Shown: positions 41,822 through 53,200 of the stretch, piece by piece
Layout of the letters: each line of letters starts with the position of its first letter
Position numbering within the stretch: position 1 is the stretch's first letter
From: Nostoc sp.
GTDB lineage: Bacteria; Cyanobacteriota; Cyanobacteriia; Cyanobacteriales; Nostocaceae
Assembly: GCA_036918135.1 (NCBI GenBank)
Contig: JBALDB010000055.1
Coordinates: 32,001 to 96,000 of the forward strand
Direction: 5' to 3'
DNA length: 64,000 nt
Translations under genes and position numbers: made by a program
Notes under the pieces: model-generated
Database searches by the model: none
What the model saw: the letters and a program-made list of their open reading frames with translations, nothing else
What the model was told of the DNA's origin: nothing

Positions 41822-41974
41822 ACATTTGCCAAAAAATCCGGCTGGAAGAAGAAAAACTCCGGCTCGAAGAAGATATGCTGATTAACAAAAACTCTATCCA
41901 AGGTAAGATTTTTGAGAAAGATTACTGATTGTGGAAATTTTTCTCAATTTCTTGGATGTTAGGTGTGTGGAGTG

Positions 41975-44599
41975 ATGATGAATCAGTTGCAACAAGTGGT
42001 GTTGATGGTAAGCACCCTGTTCGTATTGGGTATTCAAGCTGGGTTGGCACAAACGCAACAGCAAAAATCTGCTTTAGCTAATATCCCTAATATCCGCGAA
42101 CTCAAACTTCCGCTCACTAGCGCCGAAATGTTAGTGCAGTCGCCAATATCAGAAGTTGTGCAAGTTACTCAAGTGAAGGCAAATCCTACCAATAAAGGTG
42201 TGGAGGTAATTTTACAGACATCTAAAGGCGAACAATTACAACTAGTAAATCGCAGTGTTGGCAATAGCTTCATTGTAGATGTTCCTAATGCTCAACTAGA
42301 GCTACCTAATGGCGATGCATTCACATTTCGTTCCCAAAAACCAATAGCGGGTATTACACAGATAACGGTAACAAATTTCGATGCTAACACTATCAGAGTG
42401 ATAGTTCAAGGTGAGGCAAGTGTACCAGTTGTCGAGTTGTATGACAGTCCAGATGAAGGTCTTGTCTTCTCTGTCGCCAGTGCTGTACCTTCGATGCAAC
42501 AGAACCAACAACCACAAACACCCCAAACTGGTCAATCTGAGAGTGAAACTCAGCCAAGTCAACCATCAGCTAGTGGCGATGAGCCGATTGAATTGGTGGT
42601 GACAGGTGAGCAAGATAGCTATCGCGTGCCTGATGCTTCAACTGCCACAAGAACTGACACACTAATCCGCGATATTCCTGCATCTATTCAAATCATTCCA
42701 CGCCAACTGATTGAGGATCGCGCTGTCACCAATTTAACGGATGTGCTGCAAAACACGAGTGGTGTGAATGCAGTCAATTTCACCGGGAATAACACTAATA
42801 CTTACTTGCGTGGCTTTTCTGGCAGCAATACCTTTTTCAGAAATGGCAGTCCAGTTCTCAATTTCTTTGACAACTTCAATTTAGATAACCTGGAACGAAT
42901 CGAGGTTTTAAAAGGGCCTGCCTCTGTGCTTTTTGGTCAAGGGAACCCTGGTGGGATCATTAATCTCGTTACTAAAAAGCCTCTGAGCGAGCCATATTAC
43001 AATCTCAGCTTTCAAGCTGGGAGTTTCAGTTATTATCATCCATCCTTCGATATTTCTGGACCCTTGAATCCTGAGAAAACGCTTTTGTATCGATTTATCG
43101 GCTCTTATGACAGAGCAGACAGTTTTGTAGAATTTGCCAACTCAGAGCGCTATTTTTTCACACCCACCATCGAGTGGAAGATTTCTCGCAACACAAACTT
43201 AGTAGTTGATTTCGAGTTCACCGATTCTAGTTCGACTAGCATCGACTCCATTCCTGTCATTGGACGAAACATTGCTCCCATTCCCATATCTCGCGCTCTG
43301 GCAGAGTCAGGCGGTTTTGGCGATCCGTTTAATAAGTATGACAATCGACGATACACTTTCAGTACAACCCTCGAACATCAATTCAGTCAAAACTGGTCGC
43401 TTCGTAACACATTTTTTTATAGATCGAACAGCGTGCGGCGTGCGTTGCCAAATGATGATACCTTCGATGAAACTACGGGAGATCGTACACGAATAATTTT
43501 AACTACGGATGATTCGTTTCACAATTTAGCGAACAATCTAGATATTGTTGGTAATTTTAAAACTGGTTCAATCGCTCACAAGCTGTTGCTAGGGTTTGAG
43601 TTTGGTAGAGAAACTAGAAATCGCAGGATCTTCCGGGGCGCAGAAGGCAGCTATCCATCCATCAATATTTTCAATCCCATTTACTCCACAGAGCGATTTT
43701 TATTTGACACGTTTCCGTTTACAAGTTTCAATCGCGATGAAACCAACACAAATTACGGTGTCTATCTTCAAGATCAAATTGCATTTACAGACAACTTGAA
43801 GCTAGTACTTGGCGGACGTTATGACAATTATCAACAAGAAACTTCTAATCGATTAACTCCAGTCGATACAAGTCAAACCTCTTCTGCTTTCAGTCCGAGA
43901 GTCGGACTTATTTACCAACCGACAGAATCTGTGTCCCTTTATGCTTCGTTTGTACAGGGATTCGATCCAAACACTGGTGTAATTCTGGTAAACAATTCTG
44001 CTCCCGCACCGCAAAAAGCCACCCAGTATGAAACAGGTGTCAAACTTGATTTTGGCAAGTTTGCTGCATCCCTAGCCGCTTTCGAGATTACGAAGACGAA
44101 TGTACCAACAGCCGATCCCAATCGAGCAAATTTAGATTTTTCTGTTTTATCGGGAGAGGTGAAAAGTAGGGGTGTCGAGTTTGATCTATCAGGTGAAATT
44201 CTGCCGGGATGGAACATTATTGCTGCCTATGCTTATACTGATGTCTTCGTGAGTAAAGACAATATAATTCCTGTTGGCAATCGATTTACTAACACGCCTC
44301 GTCACTCTGCAAGTTTGTGGAACACTTATCAAATTCAACAAGGAAATTTCAAGGATTTAGGATTTGGTTTAGGGTTCTATTATGTAGGTGATAAAGCAGG
44401 AGATTTAGATAATTCGTTTGAGATTCCCAGTTACTTCCGCACTGATGCTTCTATTTTCTATCGCCGAAACAACTGGAAAGCACAGATAAACTTCCAGAAT
44501 TTGTTCGACATAACGTATTACACAGGCTCAAGTGAATCTCGTGATGCTTTTGCAGGCGCTCCTTTTTCCGTCATTGGTTCTATCTCATTTACGTTCTGA
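41975..44599 (+). CDS. TonB-dependent siderophore receptor with AMIN domain (TBDT3)
   Basis: Complete architecture; ends SFTF. Confidence 0.95.
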   Translation: MMNQLQQVVLMVSTLFVLGIQAGLAQTQQQKSALANIPNIRELKLPLTSAEMLVQSPISEVVQVTQVKANPTNKGVEVILQTSKGEQLQLVNRSVGNSFIVDVPNAQLELPNGDAFTFRSQKPIAGITQITVTNFDANTIRVIVQGEASVPVVELYDSPDEGLVFSVASAVPSMQQNQQPQTPQTGQSESETQPSQPSASGDEPIELVVTGEQDSYRVPDASTATRTDTLIRDIPASIQIIPRQLIEDRAVTNLTDVLQNTSGVNAVNFTGNNTNTYLRGFSGSNTFFRNGSPVLNFFDNFNLDNLERIEVLKGPASVLFGQGNPGGIINLVTKKPLSEPYYNLSFQAGSFSYYHPSFDISGPLNPEKTLLYRFIGSYDRADSFVEFANSERYFFTPTIEWKISRNTNLVVDFEFTDSSSTSIDSIPVIGRNIAPIPISRALAESGGFGDPFNKYDNRRYTFSTTLEHQFSQNWSLRNTFFYRSNSVRRALPNDDTFDETTGDRTRIILTTDDSFHNLANNLDIVGNFKTGSIAHKLLLGFEFGRETRNRRIFRGAEGSYPSINIFNPIYSTERFLFDTFPFTSFNRDETNTNYGVYLQDQIAFTDNLKLVLGGRYDNYQQETSNRLTPVDTSQTSSAFSPRVGLIYQPTESVSLYASFVQGFDPNTGVILVNNSAPAPQKATQYETGVKLDFGKFAASLAAFEITKTNVPTADPNRANLDFSVLSGEVKSRGVEFDLSGEILPGWNIIAAYAYTDVFVSKDNIIPVGNRFTNTPRHSASLWNTYQIQQGNFKDLGFGLGFYYVGDKAGDLDNSFEIPSYFRTDASIFYRRNNWKAQINFQNLFDITYYTGSSESRDAFAGAPFSVIGSISFTF

Positions 44600-44790
44600 G
44601 CATTTAAGTTGAAGTGATCCAATCAATCCTGGCGATGCCTGCGGTGCTTGCTAGCCTACGCATCACGTCAAAAGAGCGTAGACTTCCTTGGCTTGTCGAT
44701 AGGCGATCGCTTCACCCCACTTCATGAGAAACTATTGCAAATATGACGTTCCCGAAGTGACTCTCTCAAGAGTATCGCTCAAGCTAAAAC

Positions 44791-45080
44791 ATGACTATAA
44801 CCATTTCGCGCAATAATTTCTTTGATATCTATTTTGAAGTAGAACAAACCAAACAACGGAACGACCCTGCTGACGAATTTGATATTCTTTGGCAGTACCC
44901 ATCCCAGTTTGGCCAAGGATACAGCCGAACCATCGAACTACAACAGGGATTGGGACTAATGATAAATCAGTATCAACTCTATGAAGATTTGGCGATCAAA
45001 GCCTCGGAACGTGGAGGTGGTTATTTATATTATGGCTGTTGTCTTTCAGGAAGTTTTGAAAGTCGGAATGTCCACAACAG
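44791..45080 (+). pseudogene. AraC 5' fragment (close to regulator 1)
   Basis: MTITISRNNFF...SRNVHNS, then an abrupt switch to TBDT sequence. Confidence 0.85.
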
Positions 45081-46550
45081 CTCAACATTGCCTATGAAAA
45101 TTCTGGCAGTTTCCGCGACTTTGTAAACCAAGAAAGATTTTTTATCGCTCCTGTACTCGCTTGGAAAATTGGTGACAAGACAAACCTGACTTTTGAAGGT
45201 GAATATCTCCACTCAGAAAGTCCTTACGATCGCGGGCTAGTAACAATTGGCGATCGCGTTGCAGATATTCCGATAAGCCGCTATCTCAGCGATCCCAGAA
45301 GTCAAGTCGTTGCAGATACATCACAAACCTACCTCACCTTAAATCATGACTTTAATCAGAACTTATCGCTGCGTACTGCTTTTCGAGTGACGACTGGATT
45401 ACAAACATATAATCGTTTTGTCCTTCAAGGATTTAATGCCACTGATGACGGAATTCTTGAACTTGGGAATACTCCCCTAAGTCTGTATCGTGAAACTTAC
45501 TATCTACAGAATGACTTAACTGCTAAATTTAATACTGGCTCCCTCAAGCATACACTTTTGTTTGGTGTGGAGCTTGGTAGAGAGTATTTTGCCCAGCAGA
45601 TCGACTCAGGAACCGCTCAGTCGATTAATATTTTTAATCCAGTCTACAACTTTTCTTATGGTTCAAATGAACGGATTAATGATACTGCATCTAATACAAA
45701 CTCTTTCGGAATTTACCTGCAAGATCAGATAAGTGTGTTTGATAATATCAAACTCCTGGTGGGTGGCAGGTTTGATACTTATCATAGTGAAACACAAGAT
45801 TTCCTCAATGCCTCAACGACAGTCACAGATAGTGATGCGTTTTCACCCCGTGTGGGAATTGTTTACCAACCGACAAAAGAAATTTCACTGTTTGCCAACT
45901 ATAGTCGCTCGTTTGTTCCTGTTACTGGTAGCGATAAGAACGGCAATACTTTTGTGCCTGAACGGGGAACTGGCTACGAAGTTGGCATCAAAGGAGATTT
46001 TTTGAATAATCGTCTCTCTTCTACCCTAGCTTTCTACACAGTTACCAAAACCAATGTCACAACTGCCGATCCCAGCGATCCCACAGGTAACTTTTCAATT
46101 CAAGTCGGCGAACAACGTAGTCGTGGGATTGAGTTCGATATTACTGGAGAAATCTTACCCGGTTGGAAAGTCATTGGTTCCTACGCTTATACAAATGCAG
46201 AAATCACGGAAGACAATAGCTATCCAGTTGGAAATACTCTGTCTACGACACCGCGACATAGTGGTTCTTTGTGGACAACCTATACCTTTCAAACAGGATC
46301 GTTAGAAGGTTTCGGTTTTGGCGGAGGCATTTTTGCAGCAAGCGAGGCTTATGGAGATTTAGATAACTCTTACAGTGTACCTGGTTTTGTACGGACTGAT
46401 GCGGCACTTTTCTACAAAAAGGATCGGTTGAGAGCATCTGTGAACTTCAAAAACTTGTTTAGTGTCAGATATTTCGAGAGTACTTTTTTTGGTACAGCCT
46501 ATCCGGCTGCACCGCTTACAGTTCAAGGAACGATTTCTTGGGAGTTCTAA
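45081..46550 (+). pseudogene. 5'-truncated TBDT barrel (TBDT1 subfamily)
   Basis: Open frame LNIAYENSGSFRDFVN...SWEF; out of frame with the upstream AraC piece; no signal, AMIN or plug. Confidence 0.88.
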
Positions 46551-46608
46551 CGTTAGCCTCCACAGCTCTTTTCCTTCTGGCAAGGCTTAATATTTTAAGG
46601 TATTTGCT

Positions 46609-46780
46609 ATGAACTCTCAAAAACTCCGCGACTTGGTATTTACCTTACACAGCTACATCGGTTTAGCGGTGGAAGTGGAATGCTCATCATAAAAGAGTGA
46701 ACTTTGATGTTCACAAAGTTGCTGGTGTTGTCACAGCGATTTTTTTGCTGTTTGCATTTTTCACAGGATTTTGTTAGAGC
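46609..46780 (+). pseudogene. PepSY-TM remnant with an internal deletion
   Basis: MNSQKLRDLVFTLHSYIGLAV joined to WNAH.KRVNFDVHKVAG...FFTGFC*. Confidence 0.75.
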
Positions 46781-46844
46781 TAAATCGCAGTAAAATTATT
46801 GCTAATTATTAGCATTAATTCTGACGATATACCAGTCACTAACT

Positions 46845-47828
46845 ATGACAATTATTCTCACGCCGGAACAAGAAACAGAATTTTGGGCAGAAGCTGAACA
46901 AGATAGCCAGCAGCACTCACTCTTTCCATTTGAATCCTATTGTCAAATACCCAAGCAACTGGGCAAAGGATATGTGCGAGATATTGAGGTGCATCCTCAA
47001 GTATGGCTGGGCATTGGTAAGCGCGACTACTACGATCGCATACTGGAATCAGGGTGTGAATGCGTTCACCCTTTAGAATTTGGTGTTCGCCTTTGTGGAA
47101 CAATTATAGATGAATATGGTGGGCAATTAGGAGAAGGATACACGCTCATTTCTGGTGGTGGCATTCAAAGAAAGATGACTTATTTATATTCACAATCAGG
47201 CATGGGTGTAGGCTTTAGTATGCCTCCAGAGTTGTTAGCAACCTTTTTCCCAACAATCGATGGAGAAATTTTACCGCAACTACGCTTTTTAGCAAAAACT
47301 AATGACTGGCAGACATTGCTCTACCCAAAAACCACAGCCGCAATCGAGACAGTAGCACAGCAAATTGTCAACTGTCCCTATCACGGGATGACGAAGCGTT
47401 TGTATTTACAGGGTAAGGTGCTAGAGTTGATGGCACTGCAACTTGCTCCTTTTTTAGCTGAACAAGATGGAGTGCAACCATCGCCAAGATTAAAGAATGC
47501 AACGATCGCTCGCATTCATTACGCTAGAGAAATTTTGCTCTCTCGTCTAGAAAACCCACCATCAATACTAGAATTGTCGCAAATAGTGGGGGTTAGCTCA
47601 CGCACTCTCAAACGCGGATTTCGAGAATTATTTGGCACAACGGTACTTGGCTGTTTGTTCAATAAACGCATGGAGCAAGCACAGCAATGGTTACATTCGG
47701 GCGATTATACTGTCGCACAAGTCGCTAATTTACTAGGTTACTCAAATCCGGCACACTTTGCGACTGCATTTAAACGCCAATTTAGTATCACACCTAGCGA
47801 ATGTTTGTTGGGGAAAAAGTCCTTTTAG
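46845..47828 (+). CDS. AraC (PchR-like) regulator 4
   Basis: CPYHGMTKRLYL, PPSILELS, double HTH. Confidence 0.92.
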   Translation: MTIILTPEQETEFWAEAEQDSQQHSLFPFESYCQIPKQLGKGYVRDIEVHPQVWLGIGKRDYYDRILESGCECVHPLEFGVRLCGTIIDEYGGQLGEGYTLISGGGIQRKMTYLYSQSGMGVGFSMPPELLATFFPTIDGEILPQLRFLAKTNDWQTLLYPKTTAAIETVAQQIVNCPYHGMTKRLYLQGKVLELMALQLAPFLAEQDGVQPSPRLKNATIARIHYAREILLSRLENPPSILELSQIVGVSSRTLKRGFRELFGTTVLGCLFNKRMEQAQQWLHSGDYTVAQVANLLGYSNPAHFATAFKRQFSITPSECLLGKKSF

Positions 47829-47946
47829 CGAAGATGATGCCCTTTTTGGGTAGACACGAAAGCGAGAATCGCTATACAATACCCCCCAGTCTTATTAACA
47901 ACTCTTCTCATTTAATTAGAGTTGGTTTGGTGGAGTGTGAGGAATA

Positions 47947-50658
47947 ATGAGAATTGAGCGATCGCCATCTAATACTTGGCTGTGGTTAGTAATAATTTTT
48001 CTGCCGTTGTTGATGGCACAATCTGTACAAGCACAAGTCAAACACAATCAGCCAACAGCAATCAACACTGGGGAAAGTTTTAAAGCGACTGCCGATTCTT
48101 CTACTAACAAAAGAATTAGGCGAACCAACGAGATTGAACACCCAGCCACCAATGCTAGTGGATTACTTTCGCAATCGTCAACCCCACAAGCAACGCCGAC
48201 ATCAGGAGTTGTGGTAGTAACAGGAGTGAAGGCAAATCCTACTGATAAAGGTGTGGAGGTGATTTTACAAACAACTAAGGGGCAACAGTTACAAGTTACG
48301 AATCGCAGTGCTGGTAATAATTTTATTGCAGATATTCCTAATGCCCAGCTGCGTTTACCTAATGGTGAGGCATTTATATTCCGTTCCGAAAAACCACTTG
48401 CGGGAATTACTGAAATTACAGTAACAAATTTTGATCCTAACACCATCCGGGTAACGGCGATCGGTGAGGCAAGCTCACCAAAAGTCGAGTTATTTGATGG
48501 TGATGAAGGTTTAATTTTTGGGTTGACAACTGCTGCATCTACTGCACAGCAGCCACGCCAAACACAACCAACACCTGAACAAGAACAACCAGCGAATCAA
48601 ACGCAACCAGAGCAACCATCAGCACCGGGTGAGGAACCAATTGAGTTGGTTGTGACGGGTGAGCAAGATGGGTATCGCGTGCCTGATGCCTCGACTGCTA
48701 CCAGAACTGATACGCCCATCCGCGATATTCCCGCCTCAATTCAAGTCATCCCGCGACAAGTGCTAAAGGATCGACAAATTACACAAGTTCGAGAAGCAGT
48801 TTCTAACGTTAGTGGAATAACTGCTGGACCCGGTGGTTCTCAAACTACGTTTGGTGAAAGTTTCATTTTACGAGGATTTGCAGACTCCTCTGATTCTAGT
48901 ACTTTTGTTGATGGTTTTAACAGGAATAACGTCCTTAGTCGCAGTCTGGATCTAGCAAACATAGAACAACTTGAAGTTCTTAAAGGGCCAGCATCTGTTC
49001 TTTACGGGCAAGGGGATCCGGGGGGGATTGTCAATATTGTAACTAAGCAACCTCTTGCAACACCTTATTATGCCGTTGAAGGAACCATTGGTAACTTTGA
49101 TTTTTACCGTCCGACATTGGATCTTTCTGGCCCCTTAAATACCAACAAAACGATTCGCTATCGCTTGAATATGGCGTATGAAAACTCTGGTAGCTTTGTG
49201 GACTTTGTGCAAACAAAGCAGGCATTCATAGCACCTGTTATCAGTTTTGACCTGGGGAAGAATACGACCCTGGTTCTAGAAGGTGAATATCTCAATACCT
49301 CCAAAGTAGAGTATATAGGTATTCCGGCAGTAGGTTCATTATTACCAAACCCCCTTGGCAGAGTTCCCCGCTCTCGGTTTATCGATGACCCAGATTTGAA
49401 ATTAGAACGAAATTTTGTGGGACTTGGATACCGTTTACAACACAAATTCAGTGACAATTGGTCAATTCGCAATGCATTTAGAGCAGAGCTAGAAGATTAT
49501 GATGAGGCGTTTGCCTATAATTTAGGGCTACGAGCAGACAATCGAACAATAGATCGTAATGCTAGGTTTGATGAGGCCAAGTCACGGAATTACAATGTAC
49601 AAACTGATGTAATTGGCAAGATTCAAACTGGCATCGTTAAGCAGGATTTGCTATTTGGCTTGGAATTAAGTAGGACTGATTTCACCCGAAAGATATTTAA
49701 TCCAACGCCCACTTTGCCACCCATCGATTTCTTTAACCCAAATTATGACCGACCTGCAATTCAATTTGATACGAAAGCTAATGATGAAAAAAGTCCTCAA
49801 AATTTTATCGGTGTCTATACCCAGGATTTGATCTCAATTGGAGATCAGTTAAAGATTTTGCTAGGTGGACGCTTTGATTTTGTAGAATCCTCCTATGAGG
49901 ATACAGTAAATGGTATCTCACGCGATCAACAAGATACTGCCTTCAGCCCTCGTATTGGCATTATTTACCAACCCATTCAACCAGTCTCTTTATATGCCAG
50001 CTATAGCCGCTCATTTCAACCCTCTCCTGCTTTCTCCAGAAATGCCGATGATACTCCGTTTGAGCCAACTAAGGGTGAATCATTTGAAGTCGGGGTGAAG
50101 AGTGATTTTTTCGATGGCAGACTGTCTGCAACGCTAGCAGCTTACCAAATTACCAAGCAAAATATTATCGTAAACGATCCAGCTAATCCAGGATTTAGCC
50201 TTCAGGTTGGCGAACAACGCTCTCGTGGCATTGAACTAGATGTCGCTGGTGAAATCTTGCCGGGGTGGAAAATCATTGCCAATTATGCCTATATCGATCC
50301 GGAAATCACTGAAGATACCAACCCAGAGTATAAGGGGAATGAACCGAGTAATGTTGCCCGAAATAGTGCTTCTTTATGGACAACCTATGAAATTCAAACT
50401 GGAGGTTGGAAAGGGTTGGGATTTGGGGGTGGAGTCACTTTTGTGGGCGACAGACAGGGAGATTTAGAAAATACATTCACATTGCCCAGCTATGTGCGAA
50501 CCGATGCAGCCATTTATTATCGCCGTGACAACTGGCGAGTAGGACTGAATATCAAGAACTTATTTGATATTTACTACTTTGAAAGTGCCGATAGTTTAAA
50601 CAGTGTATATCCCGCAGCACCATTTACAGTTTTGGGAACAGTTTCAGTGCAGTTTTAA
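47947..50658 (+). CDS. TonB-dependent siderophore receptor with AMIN domain (TBDT4)
   Basis: Complete architecture; ends SVQF. Confidence 0.95.
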   Translation: MRIERSPSNTWLWLVIIFLPLLMAQSVQAQVKHNQPTAINTGESFKATADSSTNKRIRRTNEIEHPATNASGLLSQSSTPQATPTSGVVVVTGVKANPTDKGVEVILQTTKGQQLQVTNRSAGNNFIADIPNAQLRLPNGEAFIFRSEKPLAGITEITVTNFDPNTIRVTAIGEASSPKVELFDGDEGLIFGLTTAASTAQQPRQTQPTPEQEQPANQTQPEQPSAPGEEPIELVVTGEQDGYRVPDASTATRTDTPIRDIPASIQVIPRQVLKDRQITQVREAVSNVSGITAGPGGSQTTFGESFILRGFADSSDSSTFVDGFNRNNVLSRSLDLANIEQLEVLKGPASVLYGQGDPGGIVNIVTKQPLATPYYAVEGTIGNFDFYRPTLDLSGPLNTNKTIRYRLNMAYENSGSFVDFVQTKQAFIAPVISFDLGKNTTLVLEGEYLNTSKVEYIGIPAVGSLLPNPLGRVPRSRFIDDPDLKLERNFVGLGYRLQHKFSDNWSIRNAFRAELEDYDEAFAYNLGLRADNRTIDRNARFDEAKSRNYNVQTDVIGKIQTGIVKQDLLFGLELSRTDFTRKIFNPTPTLPPIDFFNPNYDRPAIQFDTKANDEKSPQNFIGVYTQDLISIGDQLKILLGGRFDFVESSYEDTVNGISRDQQDTAFSPRIGIIYQPIQPVSLYASYSRSFQPSPAFSRNADDTPFEPTKGESFEVGVKSDFFDGRLSATLAAYQITKQNIIVNDPANPGFSLQVGEQRSRGIELDVAGEILPGWKIIANYAYIDPEITEDTNPEYKGNEPSNVARNSASLWTTYEIQTGGWKGLGFGGGVTFVGDRQGDLENTFTLPSYVRTDAAIYYRRDNWRVGLNIKNLFDIYYFESADSLNSVYPAAPFTVLGTVSVQF

Positions 50659-50837
50659 GAAGGCTAGTATTCGCAGAGTGACACAAGCTGTTTACGAACG
50701 CGATCGCTTCCGTTATGGATGGGAGAAACAAGTCAAATCCTCTTCCCTTCTGCCTTCTGCCTCCTGCCTTGTTTCTTAGGAGAGAGTTAAGTATATGGAC
50801 AAAAATATTTACAGTCATTGCGAGTGTACTCCTACGG

Positions 50838-51269
50838 AGAAGCATTGAATTGGATGTTGTTGGAGAAATTCTTCCAGGCTGGAATATTATTACTAACTAC
50901 GCCTACACCGATGCTAAAGTCTCAAAAGACAATAGTCCTCTACAAGGAAATCGATTTGAAGATGTGCCCTATAACGGGGCAAGTCTGTGGACAACCTACC
51001 AAATCCAACAGGGTGATTTGTAGGGGTTAGGCTTCGGCTTAGGGTTATTTTACGTTGGTGAACAAGAAGGCGACTTGGAGAATACCTATGAACTAAGCAG
51101 CTATCTGCGTACCGATGCCGGCATCTTTTATAAGAGAAATAACTGGCGGGCGGGAATTAACTTCAAAAATATTTTCAATGTGGACTACATTGAGAATAGC
51201 TACAGCAGAGAACAAATCACTCCTGGCGCTCCTTTTACTGTTGTGGGGACATTTTCAATTGAATTTTGA
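50838..51269 (+). pseudogene. TBDT C-terminal fragment with an internal stop
   Basis: SIELDVVGEILPGWN...QQGDL*GLGFG...FSIEF. Confidence 0.85.
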
Positions 51270-51629
51270 TTGTTCATCTTCTATGAATTTTTTGTTTCAA
51301 CAATTTTGTCTGTAAACGTTGAATATGTCAGGAGTATGAAGTTCAACAAAAAGGATGAAATCAGCTGGGTGCAATTTGCAAGAATATTGAGATTGTCCTG
51401 GGTGATGCAACAGAATGTGGCGAGGTCTGACAACAAGCTATTTAGCATCTACATAACCACCAATTACTAAAATCCCACAACTGGGTGAGATTGAGCATCC
51501 GTTATCAGAGTAATTCTTTACAGATTCTTAAACTGACGAATTAGGAAGTATTTACTATGGTAAATTATGATTTATTGAGAAATTTTTCTAAGATATTAAA
51601 CTGATTTCTCTAATTGCAGAGCATTTATC

Positions 51630-52784
51630 ATGCAAGTAAAATCCTTTCATCATCTAGTGTTTACCTTACACCGCTACATTGGTTTAGCGGTAGGACTGAT
51701 TGCAATTATTGTCGGCTTAACTGGTAGTTTATTAGTCTTCCACTCCGAAATTGACAACTTCGACCGGCAGCGTCGAATTGGCCCAATCACACCTGAAGGA
51801 GAAATGCTGCCAGTTGAGGTTGTTCTCAACGCTGTGAAAAAAACCTATGCAGATCAACCAGATGCACCAGTGCAAAGGATTTACCTGCCAAGCAAGCCAA
51901 ATGAGCCGATAAATGTAATCCTGAAAACCAAACAAAACGAATGGACAGAAAACTACGTTAACCCCTACACAGGAAAGATTATAGGCAATAACTTAAAGCC
52001 AAGCTTTGTGCAAAAGTTTTATGAAATCGCCTACCCACTCCACTATGCTCTTTTAGGCGGTGACTGGGGCTATAAGTTTGTGGGCATAATTGGTTTTCTG
52101 ATGTCTTTTATGAGCATTACAGGTATTATCCTGTGGCCTGGTTGGCGCAGATTGATATCTGGATTCAAAATCAAGTGGAATGCTCATCCTAAGCGAGTGA
52201 ACTTTGATGTTCACAAAGTTGCTGGCGTAATCACCGCAGTATTTCTAATCTTCGCATTCTTTACAGGATTTTGTTGGAGCTTTAGTGAATTTGTCAACCC
52301 AACGATCTATGCAATCACCTTCAGTAAACAGCAAACCGATCCGGTATCTGTTCTCATTGCTGGTAAGTCTGCGCTCGAACTTACACAACAATTAAAAACG
52401 GCTCAGGCTGCTTTACCAAATGGAGAACTCAGGAGAATTTATTTTCCAACTAAACCAGAAGAAGCTTTAACAGTTGCTTTTAAACTTCCCCAAGAAACTG
52501 AGGACTATGGTCAAAGCAGTGTTTATCTTGACCAATACAGTGGTAAGGTATTGCGAGTAGATAGTTCTTTGCAGATGTCATTGGGCGATCGCATTCTCAA
52601 TTCTTTTACTCCTCTACACTACGGTACATTCTGGGGATTGCCATCTCGTATTTTCTACCTATTTGTTGGACTTGCACCGTTAATCTTGTTCGTTACTGGC
52701 TTTGTCATGTGGTGGTATCGCTACAAAGGAAAAAATCGCTTCCCACAGACTAGGGAAATGGTGAAGTTAAGAGTAAAGAATTAG
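51630..52784 (+). CDS. PepSY-associated TM helix protein (iron-regulated membrane protein)
   Basis: LHRYIGL, VNPYTG, LHYAL, FDVHK, YLDQYSG, LHYGTF; upstream Fur-box-like ATTGAGAAATTTTTCTAAG at 51574. Confidence 0.92.
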   Translation: MQVKSFHHLVFTLHRYIGLAVGLIAIIVGLTGSLLVFHSEIDNFDRQRRIGPITPEGEMLPVEVVLNAVKKTYADQPDAPVQRIYLPSKPNEPINVILKTKQNEWTENYVNPYTGKIIGNNLKPSFVQKFYEIAYPLHYALLGGDWGYKFVGIIGFLMSFMSITGIILWPGWRRLISGFKIKWNAHPKRVNFDVHKVAGVITAVFLIFAFFTGFCWSFSEFVNPTIYAITFSKQQTDPVSVLIAGKSALELTQQLKTAQAALPNGELRRIYFPTKPEEALTVAFKLPQETEDYGQSSVYLDQYSGKVLRVDSSLQMSLGDRILNSFTPLHYGTFWGLPSRIFYLFVGLAPLILFVTGFVMWWYRYKGKNRFPQTREMVKLRVKN

Positions 52785-52829
52785 ATTATCAATTAGCAAT
52801 TTCACCATATCCCCTGTTGAAGTAATTTG

Positions 52830-53028
52830 AACCTATTTGGTGTCAAATATTTCGAGACTGCTTTTTTTGGCTCAGCCTATCGTGCTGCACCGTTTACAGT
52901 TTAAGGAACGATTTCTTGGGAGTTTTGACGTAAGCTTCCACGACTGAATTCCTCTCTAACAAGGCTTGAATATTTTAAGGTAACTGCTATGAACTCTGAA
53001 AAACTGGGCGACTTGGTATTTACCCTCT
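52830..53028 (+). pseudogene. TBDT 3' stub plus PepSY 5' stub
   Basis: NLFGVKYFETAFFGSAY..PFTV*GTISWEF, then MNSEKLGDLVFTL; parallels 35618-35808. Confidence 0.75.
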
Positions 53029-53200
53029 TTCCCCAAAAATAAGCTTCTTTGAGGGTTTCTACTAGAGAGCCACTTCATTGGCAACCCGCTTGCGCTTGGC
53101 ACCCCAGTCAGGTGATTATGGAAAATGCAAATCTTTCTCATTTGCTCTTGGCAATTGGGCATAATTGTTGCCAACTTCACCAGACTGACTCAAAGCAGCT

